Part shown: piece after piece, positions 9,250 through 23,256 of the stretch
Layout: each line of letters opens with the position of its first letter
Position numbering within the stretch: position 1 is the first letter of the stretch
From: Mytilus trossulus
Taxonomy: Eukaryota
DNA length: 64,000 nt
Assembly (NCBI RefSeq): GCF_036588685.1
Contig: NC_086379.1
Span: forward strand, 37,448,001 to 37,512,000
Reading direction: 5' to 3'
Translations under genes and position numbers: made by a program
Notes under the pieces: generated by a model
The model's database searches: none
The model's input: the letters and a program-made list of their open reading frames with translations, nothing else
What the model was told of the DNA's origin: nothing

Positions 9250-12200
9250 TAACTCCTCTGATTCAGTCAAGTATTGATTGATAGTCATAGCATTATTAGA
9301 GTTCACTTTGTTCTCAGTCAAAATTGTCAATCCTTCCATATTGAAAAGTACATGTTGCTCCCAGTCAGATATATCATATTACTAATAGTGGCAATTCTTT
9401 TCTTTTAAAATCTTTGGTTTCTGGTTATCTGTTTCCCTCTCTAATTTCTTATTCATACTTTTCCAAACTCTCTGAGTAAACTTTCCTGGGGAATATTTTG
9501 ATGCTGCATTTACCTGAAATATAAATTATTTGTAATGAAAAGGTGTAATATATACAAATAAACTACTAAATCAATATATTATTTTAGTGAGTGCAAAATT
9601 AATCCAATCATGCATTACAACATCAATTTAAAAAGATTGTATTATACCTGACTAACAAAGGTACTCCTTAAGCGTTTTATAATATGATATATGGCCAGGT
9701 TTTTGAAGTGATTGCAATAATTAGGTCAGCTGATGGGTATGCATTTTATATTGCTTCTGCATATGATGGACATCCTTTTGAGTGGTTTTTGTTTTGTGTA
9801 CAATGACACTTTGGCATGCAATAATTGACAATATATATGCTATAGGCAGCATTATAGTGTCCAATGCAAATTCAAGGTCTACATGTATATTTAATAGGTG
9901 TGACCTTTACTGTCTACCTTAAATCAATACAGTTGAACTGTTCTTTTTGGTATAAATTTGCATATATGCAGCATGCGACCAAGTTTGTGATAAACATAAG
10001 TTATCTACATCACAAAGTTATCTTCATTGTCATAATTGTGGCACATAAGAACCAGTGGCAGTCTTGACTATATACTTTGTATTTAAGATATAAAATACAG
10101 TACAAATCAATAGTGTAAAATGTGATCACTGTGACCTTCTTTTGTCTGGAAGCTGAGTTACTAACTGAGACTCTGAGAGTATATATAAGTTTGCATGATC
10201 TGACACCTTTTAGTTGCTGAGATATACATTTGTTGTATATGAAATTGGATTTTTAATGTTACCAAAGTCAGTGAAGTGGAAAATGTAGGTCAGTGAGATC
10301 TGTGTACAAATTTACATGATCCTACATTTTATAGTTGAGTGGACTAAATATATTGTCCAAACAAAAAAATGTTGTAAATGCCTGAAAAACACCATTATCA
10401 GATTAAAAAGTCTCAAATGAAACCTAAGTTTTTTCTCAAAGGTAACTACATGTAATTATCCTAAAATGTATGTATTTACCATTGACAGCTATCCTTCATT
10501 TTTCTGAAAAACTGCTGCTAATAACCTGCTGTTAAATGATGACAATGAGACCTACAATTGATAACAAATATAACAAAAATTAAATAAACAAATGTGCATG
10601 CAGTGTTCAAATACTATAGCTAAAACATATTCATTTAAAATTAACTGGAAACTCAGTCTGTTAACAATGAAATTTGTAATAATAGTATGTATAAAGGCTT
10701 TCAAAACTAAATAGGTTACCTTAAATTTGTTGAAATTATACATTAATCTGTTAATATAGATTTCATTTAATAAATTTGAATGTAATAATTCTAGTTCAAT
10801 ATTTTTGTTGAAACAAATTCTGTCATGTTCTATACATGAAAGTCTTCAAGTATATATAACAATGCTTTACCACAAAATTGTTTTCGAAATATTGACCCTA
10901 AACTTGAAATTATTACCAAGATCTGTTAATTCACTTTTATGACTGCTTACATGCATGTAAGTGCAAATATGAATATAATTATGGTCCTCATTATACTTTA
11001 TATCTACCTATCAAAAAAATACTTTGAAATTACACATGTATATGACTAAAGGTTTTAATTACCTTCCAATTATTCATTAAATTAACCATGTTTAAAACTG
11101 TTTCTTCTTTTGCTGAGTTTTGAATTTATTTACAGGATTCTTTTGCAACTGCAAATATTTTCTTTCCAGTTTCATTCTCCTTTTTCTTTAAGTATGTCTG
11201 ATGAATTCACAAAAAGTACATTCAATCCATTAAGAAAATTGTTGAAATGTGTGGCACAAATTCCTACATGTATCATTCCTGAAAAATATGATATGAAATG
11301 TCAGTCTGCACCTGTATTGGTTAATTAGACAAACTATAAACTATTCAGACTTGAGTTCATAATTTTATTTGGGATATTCAATTATTTTTTCAATTTATAT
11401 TTATATAATATGATTGTGAATTCATGTTTACTTTTATTCTTATACATATACAATGTAGATCACAGACTCATATTCATGTCTAATAATGTGGAATGAGGGT
11501 GGGTGCCCCCCTTCTTAATTTTCTTTTTTGCTTTTATAGATTATCCTGCATACACATCATTCTAGGTGTTTTTAAATTACTACATATGTAAGTTATGACT
11601 ATCAGACCACTTGGTCTCTGATCACATGCAAAAGATGACTTAATATGAAAATTCTGATTATAAAATAAAGAAAACTAATAATATTTTAAGTTTGTAAAAC
11701 ATTATTTTTGTGAATGAATCATTGTGATTGCATTTGTTTACTTTTTCAATTCTAATTTTATTTATGGTTATATAATTGCTACCAAATAAGTATTTACAAA
11801 TTAATCCCTCCCTTTTGAATGCAAAACTAAAAAGCCCCTTATGTATAGATGCCTTTGTGTTCATTGCAAAAATGATAAATAACTTCCAGGGGCAAAATTC
11901 CAAAAAAATTACTAAGTTCAGCTTCATAAAAAATTTGGGCAGCACTTCCCCTCAAAATAAAGCTTTTTACCCTCAAACCACATAAACCCCAGACCATAAT
12001 AGAGGGGTATTGAAGAAAGAAAAAGAGAGGTGTGGGGCAGGTTCATTTATTCAAGACATGAAACCATACACCTTCTCCACCCAGTAAAATGTTTAAAGAG
12101 AATATATAATAAGGAGAAAATTGAACTCTTACCATGTACAGCTTTTGAATTGATAACAAATTCACCAGTCCTATGTTTTCCCTCGTTCCTACACTGTTAA

Positions 12201-12406
12201 ACGTGTATGATATGCAGGTTACATGCACTGCAGCTACAACGATATGGTATGGACAAAATGCCCTCCTGGTTCAAGCTTTGAAGTTCGTATTTCCGTTCAC
12301 AGACAGTATTCGCAGGGGATTTACTCTTAACGAACATATTCTGTGGTAGGTGATCAGCCAGAGCTACATTTTTGTAGCCGTCGACCTTCTTTCCAGGTTT
12401 CGTCAT
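9250..12406 (-). pseudogene. Spliced, decayed Mutator-like transposase-domain gene
   Basis: Exon-like blocks at ~12133-12406, ~11063-11278 and ~9250-9512 with GT/AG ends. They join to ...INSKAVH-GMIHVGICATHFNNFLNGLNV...ENETGKKIFAVAKESC and later SPGKFTQR. There is an in-frame TAA at 12197-12199 and frameshifts. Family assigned by recognition only. Confidence 0.6.
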
Positions 12407-14139
12407 ACGAAAGATCACTGTGATCGGATGCCGAATTTCTCCAACTTCCAGTTCCGAAAACTTATATCATATGACCTGATAAGTTGAGAATCATTCAATA
12501 CTGTGTGAACTTTCAGGCTGAAGCTATTCATATTCTTTATTTTAAAAGAACGCATGTATTTATCCTTTATGATAAACCTTCCTTTCTTCTGAGCGATGAG
12601 CTGTAACTTAGAAGTTGTTTACACACGTTGTCAACAGACGACATCGGAACTGTTACCGTGACCTAGATATACAGGCGATATATCATATTTTTTTTAACGG
12701 GAACCAGTTTTACATCAGTAAAACGTTGTTATCTCCCTTAGTGTCGGGAGCTACCTTAATACGTCGTGATTTGGTAAAAAAGACATTTTACAACCAAATG
12801 TGAATATGGTCATATATGGCATTTAGAAAATCTTACCTATTGAATATTTTAGCGTTTGACTTTATGATTTTCTTAATCCAAGAGTGAAAGCATACCTTAC
12901 TTAAACTTTATTTTAATGAAGGCTTGAACACAGAAATAAACAACTATAGGTTTGCGTTCGGCCGTCAACAATGAGTAAAACCAATACCGCATAATCAACC
13001 TAAAAAAACAAATATAAAACAATTCAAACGAGAAATTTTAAATCTGACGGTCAAATGAATGTGCAAAATAACGTAAGACGTTTCAAAAACATTTTTAGTG
13101 AAATAGAAAGAATTTGAAATTTTTTATTTCTCTTTATTTCTTTAAAATTCATAGTAATTTGTACACAAAAAACTATTGAAAAGTGATGATATGCAGCAAA
13201 TTTATCAAGTAAGCTAATTATCTTTGGCAGTTTTAAAAATATTTATAAAAAACATTTGAATAGTTCTAAAAACACGTATTGTTATTATATAAAAATCTTT
13301 TGAAATATTTTTGTTGGCATTCAAACAATAGGTAACATATACGAGGAAGACACAAAAAGAATGTACACCGCCATGGCATTTCCAGGCTTATGGAGGTAAA
13401 ACGTCATTTGTGAAAAACACCGTTAACTATTATAAAATATTATAGAATCTACATTTTAGATTGATAAAAATATTCAAAGGTATCTGCTCTATAGATTTTT
13501 ATAAATGAACCGTATCAGATGCATATATGAGAACAACTTCAGAGAAACTGTTACGCGTCGCATATTATGTATAGAGAGAGACATGCATGATAAATCTAAA
13601 TTAAACGACAAATTAAATTCATTTTTTTTTTTTTAAACTTACTTTGATCAATTTTAAATTTACTTCATTTCAACAAGTTTATGTTACTTTTTCTGAAACA
13701 GAACAAAGAACTGTTTGTATTGTAGTACATTTTATTCGTTTGAAATTTTGTCTCAAATACGCTGTTGAAGATTACTAAGTGTCAATGAAATACAATAGTT
13801 TTGTATTTTATAAATTAGTGTCTTTGATAATAAAAGTCGCCATCGAACAGGCTCATTGTCATGCCGATATTCGAAATGAGTCGTATCAATGTTATCTCAA
13901 CACATTGTCATAATAACATGACAGGTATTTTTGTCATCTGAATGTTGCACACAACTAAACAAGAAGCAAATTTGAAACAATATACCCTCATAGGCCTGGA
14001 AGTGGCTAGTCACACAAAGTAAACTGCGTTTTTCTCACAATGACGTCACGTCTACCGCCAAAAGCCTGGTTATCATGGTTATGTCGTTGCGGGTCACACA
14101 TATTATATACAGCAACAAACGACAACGGCTGAATTATAT

Positions 14140-16023
14140 TTATTGATACGAAAATATTTTCATTGTATTGTCATAATCGAACACCCACAAAAAGCCACAC
14201 TCATCAGTAGTTATACGAGAAGTTCTACGTATAATGTTATCACCATTTCGATTATTTAGCAAGTTTCGTTGAAAAACACCGTTCTCAGATAAAATATCAA
14301 TTTTGTCGTTTTCATAATCCGCCACTAAGATATGTCCATAATTATCTACAGTTATACCTCGAAATCCTGCATTGAGTCGCGTAAATGTGTCTAGAATTAT
14401 TCCATGATTATCAGTAATTATAACAGAATTGTTTCGCCAAGACATAACAAGATTTGAGTTCTTTGTTTCTACCATCATAATATCTGTATTTCTACTGGTA
14501 AAAAAATCAGTTTTCTGCAATTTATTTTTGGGATCTTTGATTTCCGTTTTGTTTTTAACACCTTCGTCTTCAGAAACCTCATAGATTACCTTTTCTTCTT
14601 TATTATACACGAGCAAATTCCCGTTTTGGACAAAACAGCCAACCGCTCCATTTTGAAATGAAACTTTGAACCCTTCTTGATATTTCATGTTTAATCTCCT
14701 TACTGCAGACTTTCCAGTCCAGAACCATAATTCATCTGCAGACTTTCTGAGCATTCTTTTGCTCTCGTTCGGTGGTGCATAAGTAGAACGCTTTGTTCCA
14801 TCGTGATTATAGAGACAGGCTGATTTCCCATCGAATATCCACGCATTATCATTATTTGCGGCAACAACATCTTTGATTTGATTTTTAAGTTGAAAACTGT
14901 GTACCTTTTCAGTTTGAGGGAACAGTTTGGGAATAGGCAGTTGTGTATAATATGCAGGTGTTAAAACATCTTCTTTCGAAGAAGTATTAACCTTTCCAAG
15001 CAGATTTTCTACGGTTGCTTCAGTGAATTCTTTACATTCGTAATTTAACTCATGCAAAGTCAAAGGATCCAAAGTTTTGTTCAGAACTTTATCAAGATGA
15101 GAACCGACGGTAAAAAAATCATCCATGAACACTTTATCTGAAGACCTTGTGACGAAATCCTCGGATGTCTTGATGAGACCTGCTAATGACAATTGTTCAG
15201 TTTCTATCTCATTCAAGTATGTGTCAATCTCTTTAATATCTTTCCTTTTAATATTGTCAATTGAAGCCAAACTTTTGTTCGTCAAAACATCAACAGTATT
15301 ACAAAATACATCTTTCATACTTGAAGTGTGTGCTAAAATTTCTTTCTTCACCATGTCTAGGTGTTTGTAATAGTTGTTTTCTTTTTGTTTGACTAACTCT
15401 TCGGTGTTTCCGAGAACAGATATTCTCGATTTCAAGCTTCTTGTTCTAGCCAGAAGAATTTTCTTCCTAGTCTGAATCAACAGATCCAGGTTCTGGAATT
15501 CATGCATATGATGTAACTTTTCTGAGCACTCGCTACACAACATAACATTACAAGGTTTACAAAATAAAGTCAACTCTTTTCTATGTTCATCGCATTCGTT
15601 TACTGAATTTTCCTTATGTTCTAGTAATTGATCTAAATTCAAGTTCTCAAGCGAGTGGTTTTTCGAAGTTTTTATTTTCTTATGGTAGTCGCGACAGTTC
15701 AAGCATAAAGTTATCTTACAGTCGAGACATTTCGATACGGCAGTATTTTCATCAGAACAAAATTCGCAAATGTCCGTTAAGTTTTTGTCATCGTGAGATA
15801 GTTCAATATGGAAAGGATAAGTTTTTAAACCACTCACCCCTTTTTCTGGCATGGAATTTTTTGTCCTACATAACGGACAAGTCAGATAATTATCATGAAT
15901 ATACACTTGTTCGAGACATGGTGTGCAAAACGTATGAAAACAGTCTAAAAGCCGCGGTTCTGTGTAGGCAGACAAACAAATCCCACATTTTGATTCAATT
16001 TCAGAATAGTTTCCATGCGCCAT
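14140..16023 (-). CDS. Tripartite-motif E3 ubiquitin ligase (RING, B-box1, B-box2, coiled coil, degenerate NHL-like beta-propeller), 627 aa, intronless CDS
   Basis: C3HC4 RING CGIC...CFHTFCTPC...CPLC. B-box1 CEFC...CLDC...CLNC...H...H. B-box2 CDEH...CKPC...CSEC...H..H. NHL-like GITVDNYGHILVADYENDKIDILSENG. Confidence 0.93.
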   Translation of the reverse strand: MAHGNYSEIESKCGICLSAYTEPRLLDCFHTFCTPCLEQVYIHDNYLTCPLCRTKNSMPEKGVSGLKTYPFHIELSHDDKNLTDICEFCSDENTAVSKCLDCKITLCLNCRDYHKKIKTSKNHSLENLNLDQLLEHKENSVNECDEHRKELTLFCKPCNVMLCSECSEKLHHMHEFQNLDLLIQTRKKILLARTRSLKSRISVLGNTEELVKQKENNYYKHLDMVKKEILAHTSSMKDVFCNTVDVLTNKSLASIDNIKRKDIKEIDTYLNEIETEQLSLAGLIKTSEDFVTRSSDKVFMDDFFTVGSHLDKVLNKTLDPLTLHELNYECKEFTEATVENLLGKVNTSSKEDVLTPAYYTQLPIPKLFPQTEKVHSFQLKNQIKDVVAANNDNAWIFDGKSACLYNHDGTKRSTYAPPNESKRMLRKSADELWFWTGKSAVRRLNMKYQEGFKVSFQNGAVGCFVQNGNLLVYNKEEKVIYEVSEDEGVKNKTEIKDPKNKLQKTDFFTSRNTDIMMVETKNSNLVMSWRNNSVIITDNHGIILDTFTRLNAGFRGITVDNYGHILVADYENDKIDILSENGVFQRNLLNNRNGDNIIRRTSRITTDECGFLWVFDYDNTMKIFSYQ

Positions 16024-19000
16024 TTAAATTTCACCGACCCTTGCAGCTTAGTCATCAATCTTTGCAGCTTAGCAACAATAACAAACAAGGAAGTTCAAAA
16101 TGCTTTATTTTTACAAGTAAAAGCTTTTCAAAAAGCTTGTTTGACCTAACATTTAATCAATTTGAGTAAATTGGTGTTTAATAGCTTTTTGTCAATGTGA
16201 AAACATCCCAGCGGATCAGATAACCAAATATATTACCACTGGTAAATGCTTGAAAAAGAAATACGGTTTTGCATATGGTAAGTTAATTATATTGCAATAT
16301 TATAAGAAGAAAAAATTATATCAAACTGTAATCAAAATATGTGCAATTTTTTCGACAATGTTAATCACCTGCTGACCTGCTACGTAAATGTGACTATTTC
16401 GTCTTTCATATAAGGGGTATGGAAGAATTCTCGGATGTTATTTTTGTCATGTAGTTATACATGCCTGAATATGTTTTGTGATATATCACATACCTGTAAT
16501 CAAACAAACACTATGCATTGGTTATTGTGCTTGAATTTCTTAAAGAGCAATACCCCTGCTTTTATTAAGACTAGATGCATGAAATTGTCCAATAACTTGA
16601 TTATTGATTTCAATACAAAATGATGATATAAAAACTACAAGATTAAATCTATTATATTTGCATTGTCATATAGAGTATAAGGGAAACGTTGAACTACAAA
16701 AAAGCATGAAGTTATCAACGAAAATATAATGACAACGGTTCTTCATAAATATAAAATGTATTGGGTACTATGTTATGATAGTTTAGGGGATAGCATTTAT
16801 TCTCTGTGCTTTTTTTACATGAGTCCCCTTCATTGTGTATGACTAATGTAATAATCTTAAAATGTTTCATTAGTAAACTTCGGTCATAGAAATTTAAATA
16901 TCAGGAAAATAGTTTCTGTGTATTGTTTTGACTCCTTCGGCTTTGACAGTTGCTGAATGGAAGTTTACGCTTAGATGAAAATATGGATTGTGTTCGGTGC
17001 AACACATTTAACATGTTTAGTGTTCAATACTTAGTTAAAAGAGAATAAAATCAAATGATGCACACAATTCAGATTTTGCTGCATATTTTCCCATGACATA
17101 GAGATTTAAGACACAACTGAAACAAATTACTACATATCATAATCTAGAAATTAAATATATAATTTTTAAATAAAAGTGCATCTTACATATATACCTATGT
17201 GTGACTAGTTTTCTGACACAGACATCGTTGGAATATTTCATTTTGTCCATCTTTTGTTTAGAGAGCTATTGAACCAACGATCGTCTTAAGGATGTTTAGT
17301 GAAGTGATTATCTGTGTCAAAGATGATCACGAAAAATATTTCACTGGTCATTGTAAATTATCAAAGACAGATTGTCACTTGATATGACAATCGATTGGTG
17401 TTATCAATGAAGAAAGAACAGGTTATTGTTGAGGAGCATATAAATCAATCTCGGTTTTGTTGCTAAATATTTTGTTATACTATGTATGTACCAGTTTGGA
17501 GACTTTTTGTATGTTCTCTCCTTTGTATATTTGTTTACTCTTTTTCTTTTGCTTAAGCCTTTTTTTATTATTGCTTGATATCTTTTCCACTATTTATCAT
17601 GACTTTAACTGTGCATGAATTCAGTTGTTTTTTCATAAACAATTACTCTTATAGTGGCATAACACTTCGCTTGAATGCTAAAAATCTCTATATGTTCAAC
17701 CAAATTTTTCAAAGTTCACATCTTTCTGAATAGTTTACCTTAAGTTTAACCTCATAGAAACCAAGCATATCCTAAATCTTACATATATCACTTTTCTACA
17801 TGCTAAGTTTCAACCTTAGTTTAAAGACTTATAAGAAAAATCTTACTTTTAGAACACACCTCTACAAAAATAACCCCTGGTTTTGGAAATTTTTAATCAG
17901 TACACTATGGAGCGCATTAATCCTGTAAGACCAGTAAAGTTTGGCTGATAATATTATCAAAGTATTACTCTTTCACTAAAAGTTTCATCTGTGCAAATTT
18001 GGTGGTTAGTTTATAACAATGACATCAAAAGCACTATTTTGTGTCAGAGTAGGGCTGCTTTTGCGTTCTAAATTGAAGAGAATTATTGGTGGTCTATTAC
18101 TTATATCTACCATATTACCAAAGATAAATGCGGTTTTGAAGCTTTACTTCCATTGTACGATTAAACTGAGGCATAAATTCTTTTTTAGAATAGTCAATTA
18201 AACTTTTGTCATTATTAGATGAGGTAGTGTTAAACTTAATATCTCCTTATAATTCTCATGTTATTATTATGAAATATCCTAGTTAAATAGTTGGTATGGT
18301 TTCTTTGCAGCATACCGGTATTTAAAAGATTCGAATATTAGACAATTGTCCTCCGTATTCAAGTATATTAGCTTTCATAATATACTAGTATTCATTTCAT
18401 TTATAAGAAGAAGCGTTGTTATTTTAGCACGTTGGATGTATACAATAAAATAAAATAATAGGAAAACAACGCTTTAAAAGTTGCATTAATCCGAAGCAAT
18501 ATCACATGCCTTATCATATTTAGATATGTAAAATTCTGCAAAAATATACATAATTTAAATAACCATTTAAAAAAAGAAATAGTGTACGGTTTGAATTTTG
18601 TTTTCATAACGATCCCTATCAAAAAGTTATGAGCTTTCATTTTTTATATAGGAAAACATAAAAGAATATTGCGATATATTATAGACAAATAATTATTATG
18701 ATGTTTTACAGAAATAAGAATAGACCGGTTGATAATTTTGTGTGTAAACTAGTAGGTCAATTAACTTCACACTTAATTATGTTCATTTGTGAGGGAATTA
18801 CTCAACTTAAAACATTGAAAAAAAATCGTAAATGAATACAAATATATATCCATATGCATACAATACCTGAAAATCACTGTTCCTTTTTTATTTATAAGTA
18901 ATTAATAAGCCAAATGTTTGTTTTTCGGCAGCATAAAAACTTTCTTCTCACTTGTCAAAGACCGAGCCAGTGTTGCTCGGATTGAATTTAATCACCATTG

Positions 19001-20770
19001 GGTTATTTATTTCTGAAATAAAATAATCTGCTTTGTTATCATTTTAAAACTACAAACATTGATATTCACATGCGTATCTTTTTCCTCTCCAAAAGTAGGT
19101 CAGTGATGCTATAAATATCACATCGAAAATTTGTACACAGGTATAGAAGAACATATTTTATATGTATATTAACTGTGATACAACTTGATAAATATATTGC
19201 AGATCAAGTTCACGGTAGGTTATGTGATTATTGTTGTAATAGCAAGTTTATTCCAATAGATCTAGTAGATTTTTGATATACCTTACTATTGTTCTTGATT
19301 CGTCACAATTAAGGGGTATCCAGGGGCTTGAGAATGTTATAAATATTGGAGAGGGGGAGTATGTGAAATATATTGGGGTGTTTGGTATGTTATAAATATT
19401 TGAAGGATGAGTATGTTATATATTGGAGGGTATGAGTGTGTATAGCGAGTATGCATATGTCATATTTGTTTAGGTGGAGAATATATGAGTATGACATTAT
19501 AGATATATTCGTTACACAGTTGGCTAGTGACCTAATACGATATGTATGGGGTTTACAAATCCCATGCATAATTTATTGACCAATAAATAGTGTATTTAGG
19601 CCACTAGCACACTGTGTAACAAATTTAATTAACTGACTATCGTAACATGCGGCATTAAGACTAATGGCCGAACAAAGTGATCAAGTCTTCAAAGATACTC
19701 CTCCATTTGTCTATATAAAAACAAATAACAAATAACAAAGTGTAAGCTTTTAGTGTGTTTTCTGCATTTATTGCTCGAGATTTATTGCAATCATTCATCG
19801 CCCATTCCTTTGTTTGAAGAAACGTCTCAGATTTTCATCAATGCCGTGTTGTTTGTATTAAGGTAGCACTACAGTCTAACAATGATTTTTTGGTCTTTTT
19901 TTTTCTCTCACATAATTCTGAAGTAAGGATTATTCTGTACAGTTTTTAAAAATCCCAAAGTCATTATCATATCATAACAGGGAGTAAATTGATAATGAAT
20001 TTATGTAAATAAAAGCACATGACAATTAATCTTAATATACAGGCATTTGTAGTCCTATAATATAAGACTCTGTAGGTTCATATTATTTACATTCAACGTT
20101 TTTTATCGGATATTTTTTTTTTACTATCAATGTTGAACCCCAGAGTCTTATAAAATTTGTCATTTTTTCTCGTAGCAAAAATTTAAATTAATAATCCACT
20201 GCCAAAACAAATAAAATTATTAGGAACAACCTAAATATGAATGAAAGTAACTTCTTACCGTATTAATTGTTAAAAATAATGTTCCTAATCCATCACTTTT
20301 ATCCTGAGTTGACAAACAATTTTTTTCACGCCATTTTATTTCAAATATATGTGCCGATTCTTTATTTAAAGGATTTCGTGAACGAAAAGAATTTGACGAT
20401 AATATTTAGAACCAGTATAGAACAACGTACGAAAACACGACCAATTGTAATAGTGTCATGCAATTATTGAGATAACCATAAAAAGTGCTGAGAGATTACG
20501 AATGGGGTTAACAGAATAGAGAACAATCGGCAAAAAACATACATAAAGAAAAAAAAAATATAAACACCCCCCAACATATAGCAGGTTTATCTATTATTAT
20601 TTTTTAACATATCTTTCCCCACTATATAGATTATTACTTTATTTCCCACGATTCACAATTGAGTAAATGTTTTATTATTGTTTAGAAAATATTATGGACT
20701 GCGTCATTTTCATTCGATTGCTAACAATGATTTATAAGACACAAAGAAATACAGAAAAATGAAATCTTTA

Positions 20771-21070
20771 ATATGAGTTTATACAACGGAGTAAGCAAGC
20801 CAGTTATCTTGTCCAAGCTGTTAAGAATGAACATAAATCAATTGCGAGTCGTGAGAGCGGGCGAGGCGATGATCCTTTAAAATACGAGTTCATACAACAG
20901 TGAGCGAGCCAATTCTTATTCACCAAAAGTTCTCTTGTCCAAGTTGTTAAGCATCAGTAGAAGTTAATTTCTAGTTGTGAGGGCGGATGAGTAGATAAAT
21001 ATCTTTCAAAATAAGAGTTCCAACAACGGGGGTGAGCGAGCCAATTCTCATTCACCAAACGTTTTCTTGT
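20771..21070. repeat. Three degenerate tandem units (~110-130 bp)
   Basis: ata(t/c/a)gagtt..acaac..gt(a/g)agc(a/g)agcca..tt...tcttgt recurs near 20771, 20882 and 21011. Confidence 0.6.
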
Positions 21071-21928
21071 ATATATCAATAGAAATAAATAATAGATGGC
21101 GAGGCAATATTTGTATTGCAAAAATCGAGTTGTTACAAAGAATAATAGCAAGTTGTTAGAGAAGAAAGTTCTAGAAAGAATGCAATTTAAATCTCTGGGT
21201 GTTTTTAGAAACTTGTCCACTACATTTGCTCCTTTCTCGACAAGTACAGTTTTTTAAACACTCTGCACAACATTTACAAGAAGGACACCGACAGTGCTGA
21301 AAATCGCATCCTTCGTCTTTCTTTGTATCTGATTTATCTTCTATGAAGTTGTCTACGGTCAATGCATTTACAATTTAACATCTGATACAAGTGCTGGTGC
21401 AGTTTATGATATCGCTTATATATTTGCCGGTGGCTTTAAGCGACAAAGTAAAGCTATCATGATAAAATAAAACTGTATCCATCCCTAGCGCATCTGTCAG
21501 CTTATTGCCAATATAATAGGACAACACTGATTTTGGACATTTGATATTTAAACTTTTCATCCTTGTATGTTGATCTCGCAATTTTACCTTTGTTTTTTTG
21601 TGTGATGTCTCATTGAAGGGCTTAAAGTATTATTATTGTTTGAATATGACAAGAAGAAAATAAGTTTTTGGGAAATAGTACATGAAGTCGTTTAAAATTA
21701 TAAATAAGAAAAAGAAAGGGAAAAGTGGCCGCCAGATTAACAGCACAAGAAACATGAAAGATATTGTTATGCATAAATTCAAATTTATAAAATTATTGGT
21801 TTGCGTAATTTGTGTAATATTCATATCATTTGAATCACTTTTTAACATGTTACACAATACTTATAGAATCACATTTTACAGTTTATTTATTTACATTTGA
21901 CCCAATACTGCTTATTACCGGTGAGCTA

Positions 21929-22159
21929 TCTTGTATTATTTTAATTTTAGTTTCTTGTGTACAATTTGGAAATTAGTATGGCGTTCATTATCACTGAACT
22001 AGTATATATTTGTTTAGGGGCCAGCTGAAGGACGCCTCCGGGTGCGGGAATTTCTCGCTACATTGAAGACCTGTTGGTGACCTTCTGCTGTTTTGTTTTT
22101 TTTATTTGGTCGGGTTGTTGTCTCTTTGACACATTCCCCATTTCCATTCTCAATTTTAT
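21929..22159 (+). repeat. Truncated copy of the 7451-8300 repeat tail, inserted in the MULE-type element
   Basis: Near-identical reverse complement of ~7453-7680. Confidence 0.85.
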
Positions 22160-23256
22160 TAAATGTATAACTAGATATACATATATATTGAATTAATATG
22201 TGAATCTTTTTACAAAGCTTAGGTAGCAAGTCGACCAAAGCTTTACTCTACAAGCATTATGCAATTAGCCCTAATCAAAATTGCAAGGAGATGTGGTATT
22301 GAAGCCGATGAGACAAAATAATGTTACATTAACAAGAGTTTAAAATGAAGTTGATGTAAGCAGTTTATACCACATGGCCTTCCGCGAGAGGAAAAAAAAC
22401 GCTGTAATAATGCAAATCTCCAACATGAAAAAAATTCTGTAAAGAAAGTAAATTGAGAAAGCCAACTGCCTTATTCGTGTATGTAATAATAGTCACCATT
22501 TCCAGCTTTGACCATTATTTTCATTACACAGTTTTTTTTCCCTTCAATAACTCTTTGTAGAAATTATCACCGTGTCCTGTTATCATCGGGACAAAGCATT
22601 CATTTATACAACCATCCTTTACCTTTTTATGAATACTAAATGGACGCCTCTTAAGGGTTTGGAAAGATTTGATGGTAAGCTTCCTTTTATATTGATGACG
22701 AAATAAAAATTCAACATTCATAATCATCTTAAAGTCAAAACAAAATTCGTTTTCCAATGAATATTCTGGAATATGTACAACTGATTAACATTCGGAAAGA
22801 CCTGCGGAACTTCTCGTACTTGATCCGCTTGACAATTTGAAATAAGGGGGGACAGTTTGAAAAGTGGTTAAAAAAAAAGGATATAAATCCAACATATGAT
22901 AAGGTAAGACATTTTATTTATTATTTGAGATGTTCACTTGAAAGGATAGTGACATAAGTAAACTTAAAACTTCCGTAAACATTGTCAAATTGTCGTTCAA
23001 AGTTCCCACAAAAATTCGTTGGGAATCCACTACGAGAAAATGGATACTTGTTATAAGACTCTGGGGTTCAACATTGATAGTAAAAAAAAAATATCCGATA
23101 AAAAACGTTGAATGTAAATGATATGAACCTCCAGAGTCTTATATTATAGGACTAAGGCATTTGGGAGGGGCTAATATGTCAATCATCTGTTGATACCAGT
23201 GTCCAGCTGTTAATCCCTGACCACAAGTTATCTCATTGTTTTGAAACAAAAATTAT

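Larger units (their letters stand above)
20050..23154. mobile_element. MULE/foldback-type non-autonomous element with ~105-bp TIRs and 9-bp TSD
   Basis: 20050-~20153 is the near-perfect reverse complement of ~23051-23154. AGGCATTTG flanks both ends (20041-20049, 23155-23163). Confidence 0.85.

Noticed and set aside
20771-21070. CRISPR-like repeat-spacer array
   Set aside because: Eukaryotic context; the units are long and degenerate, with no constant short repeat and no cas genes.
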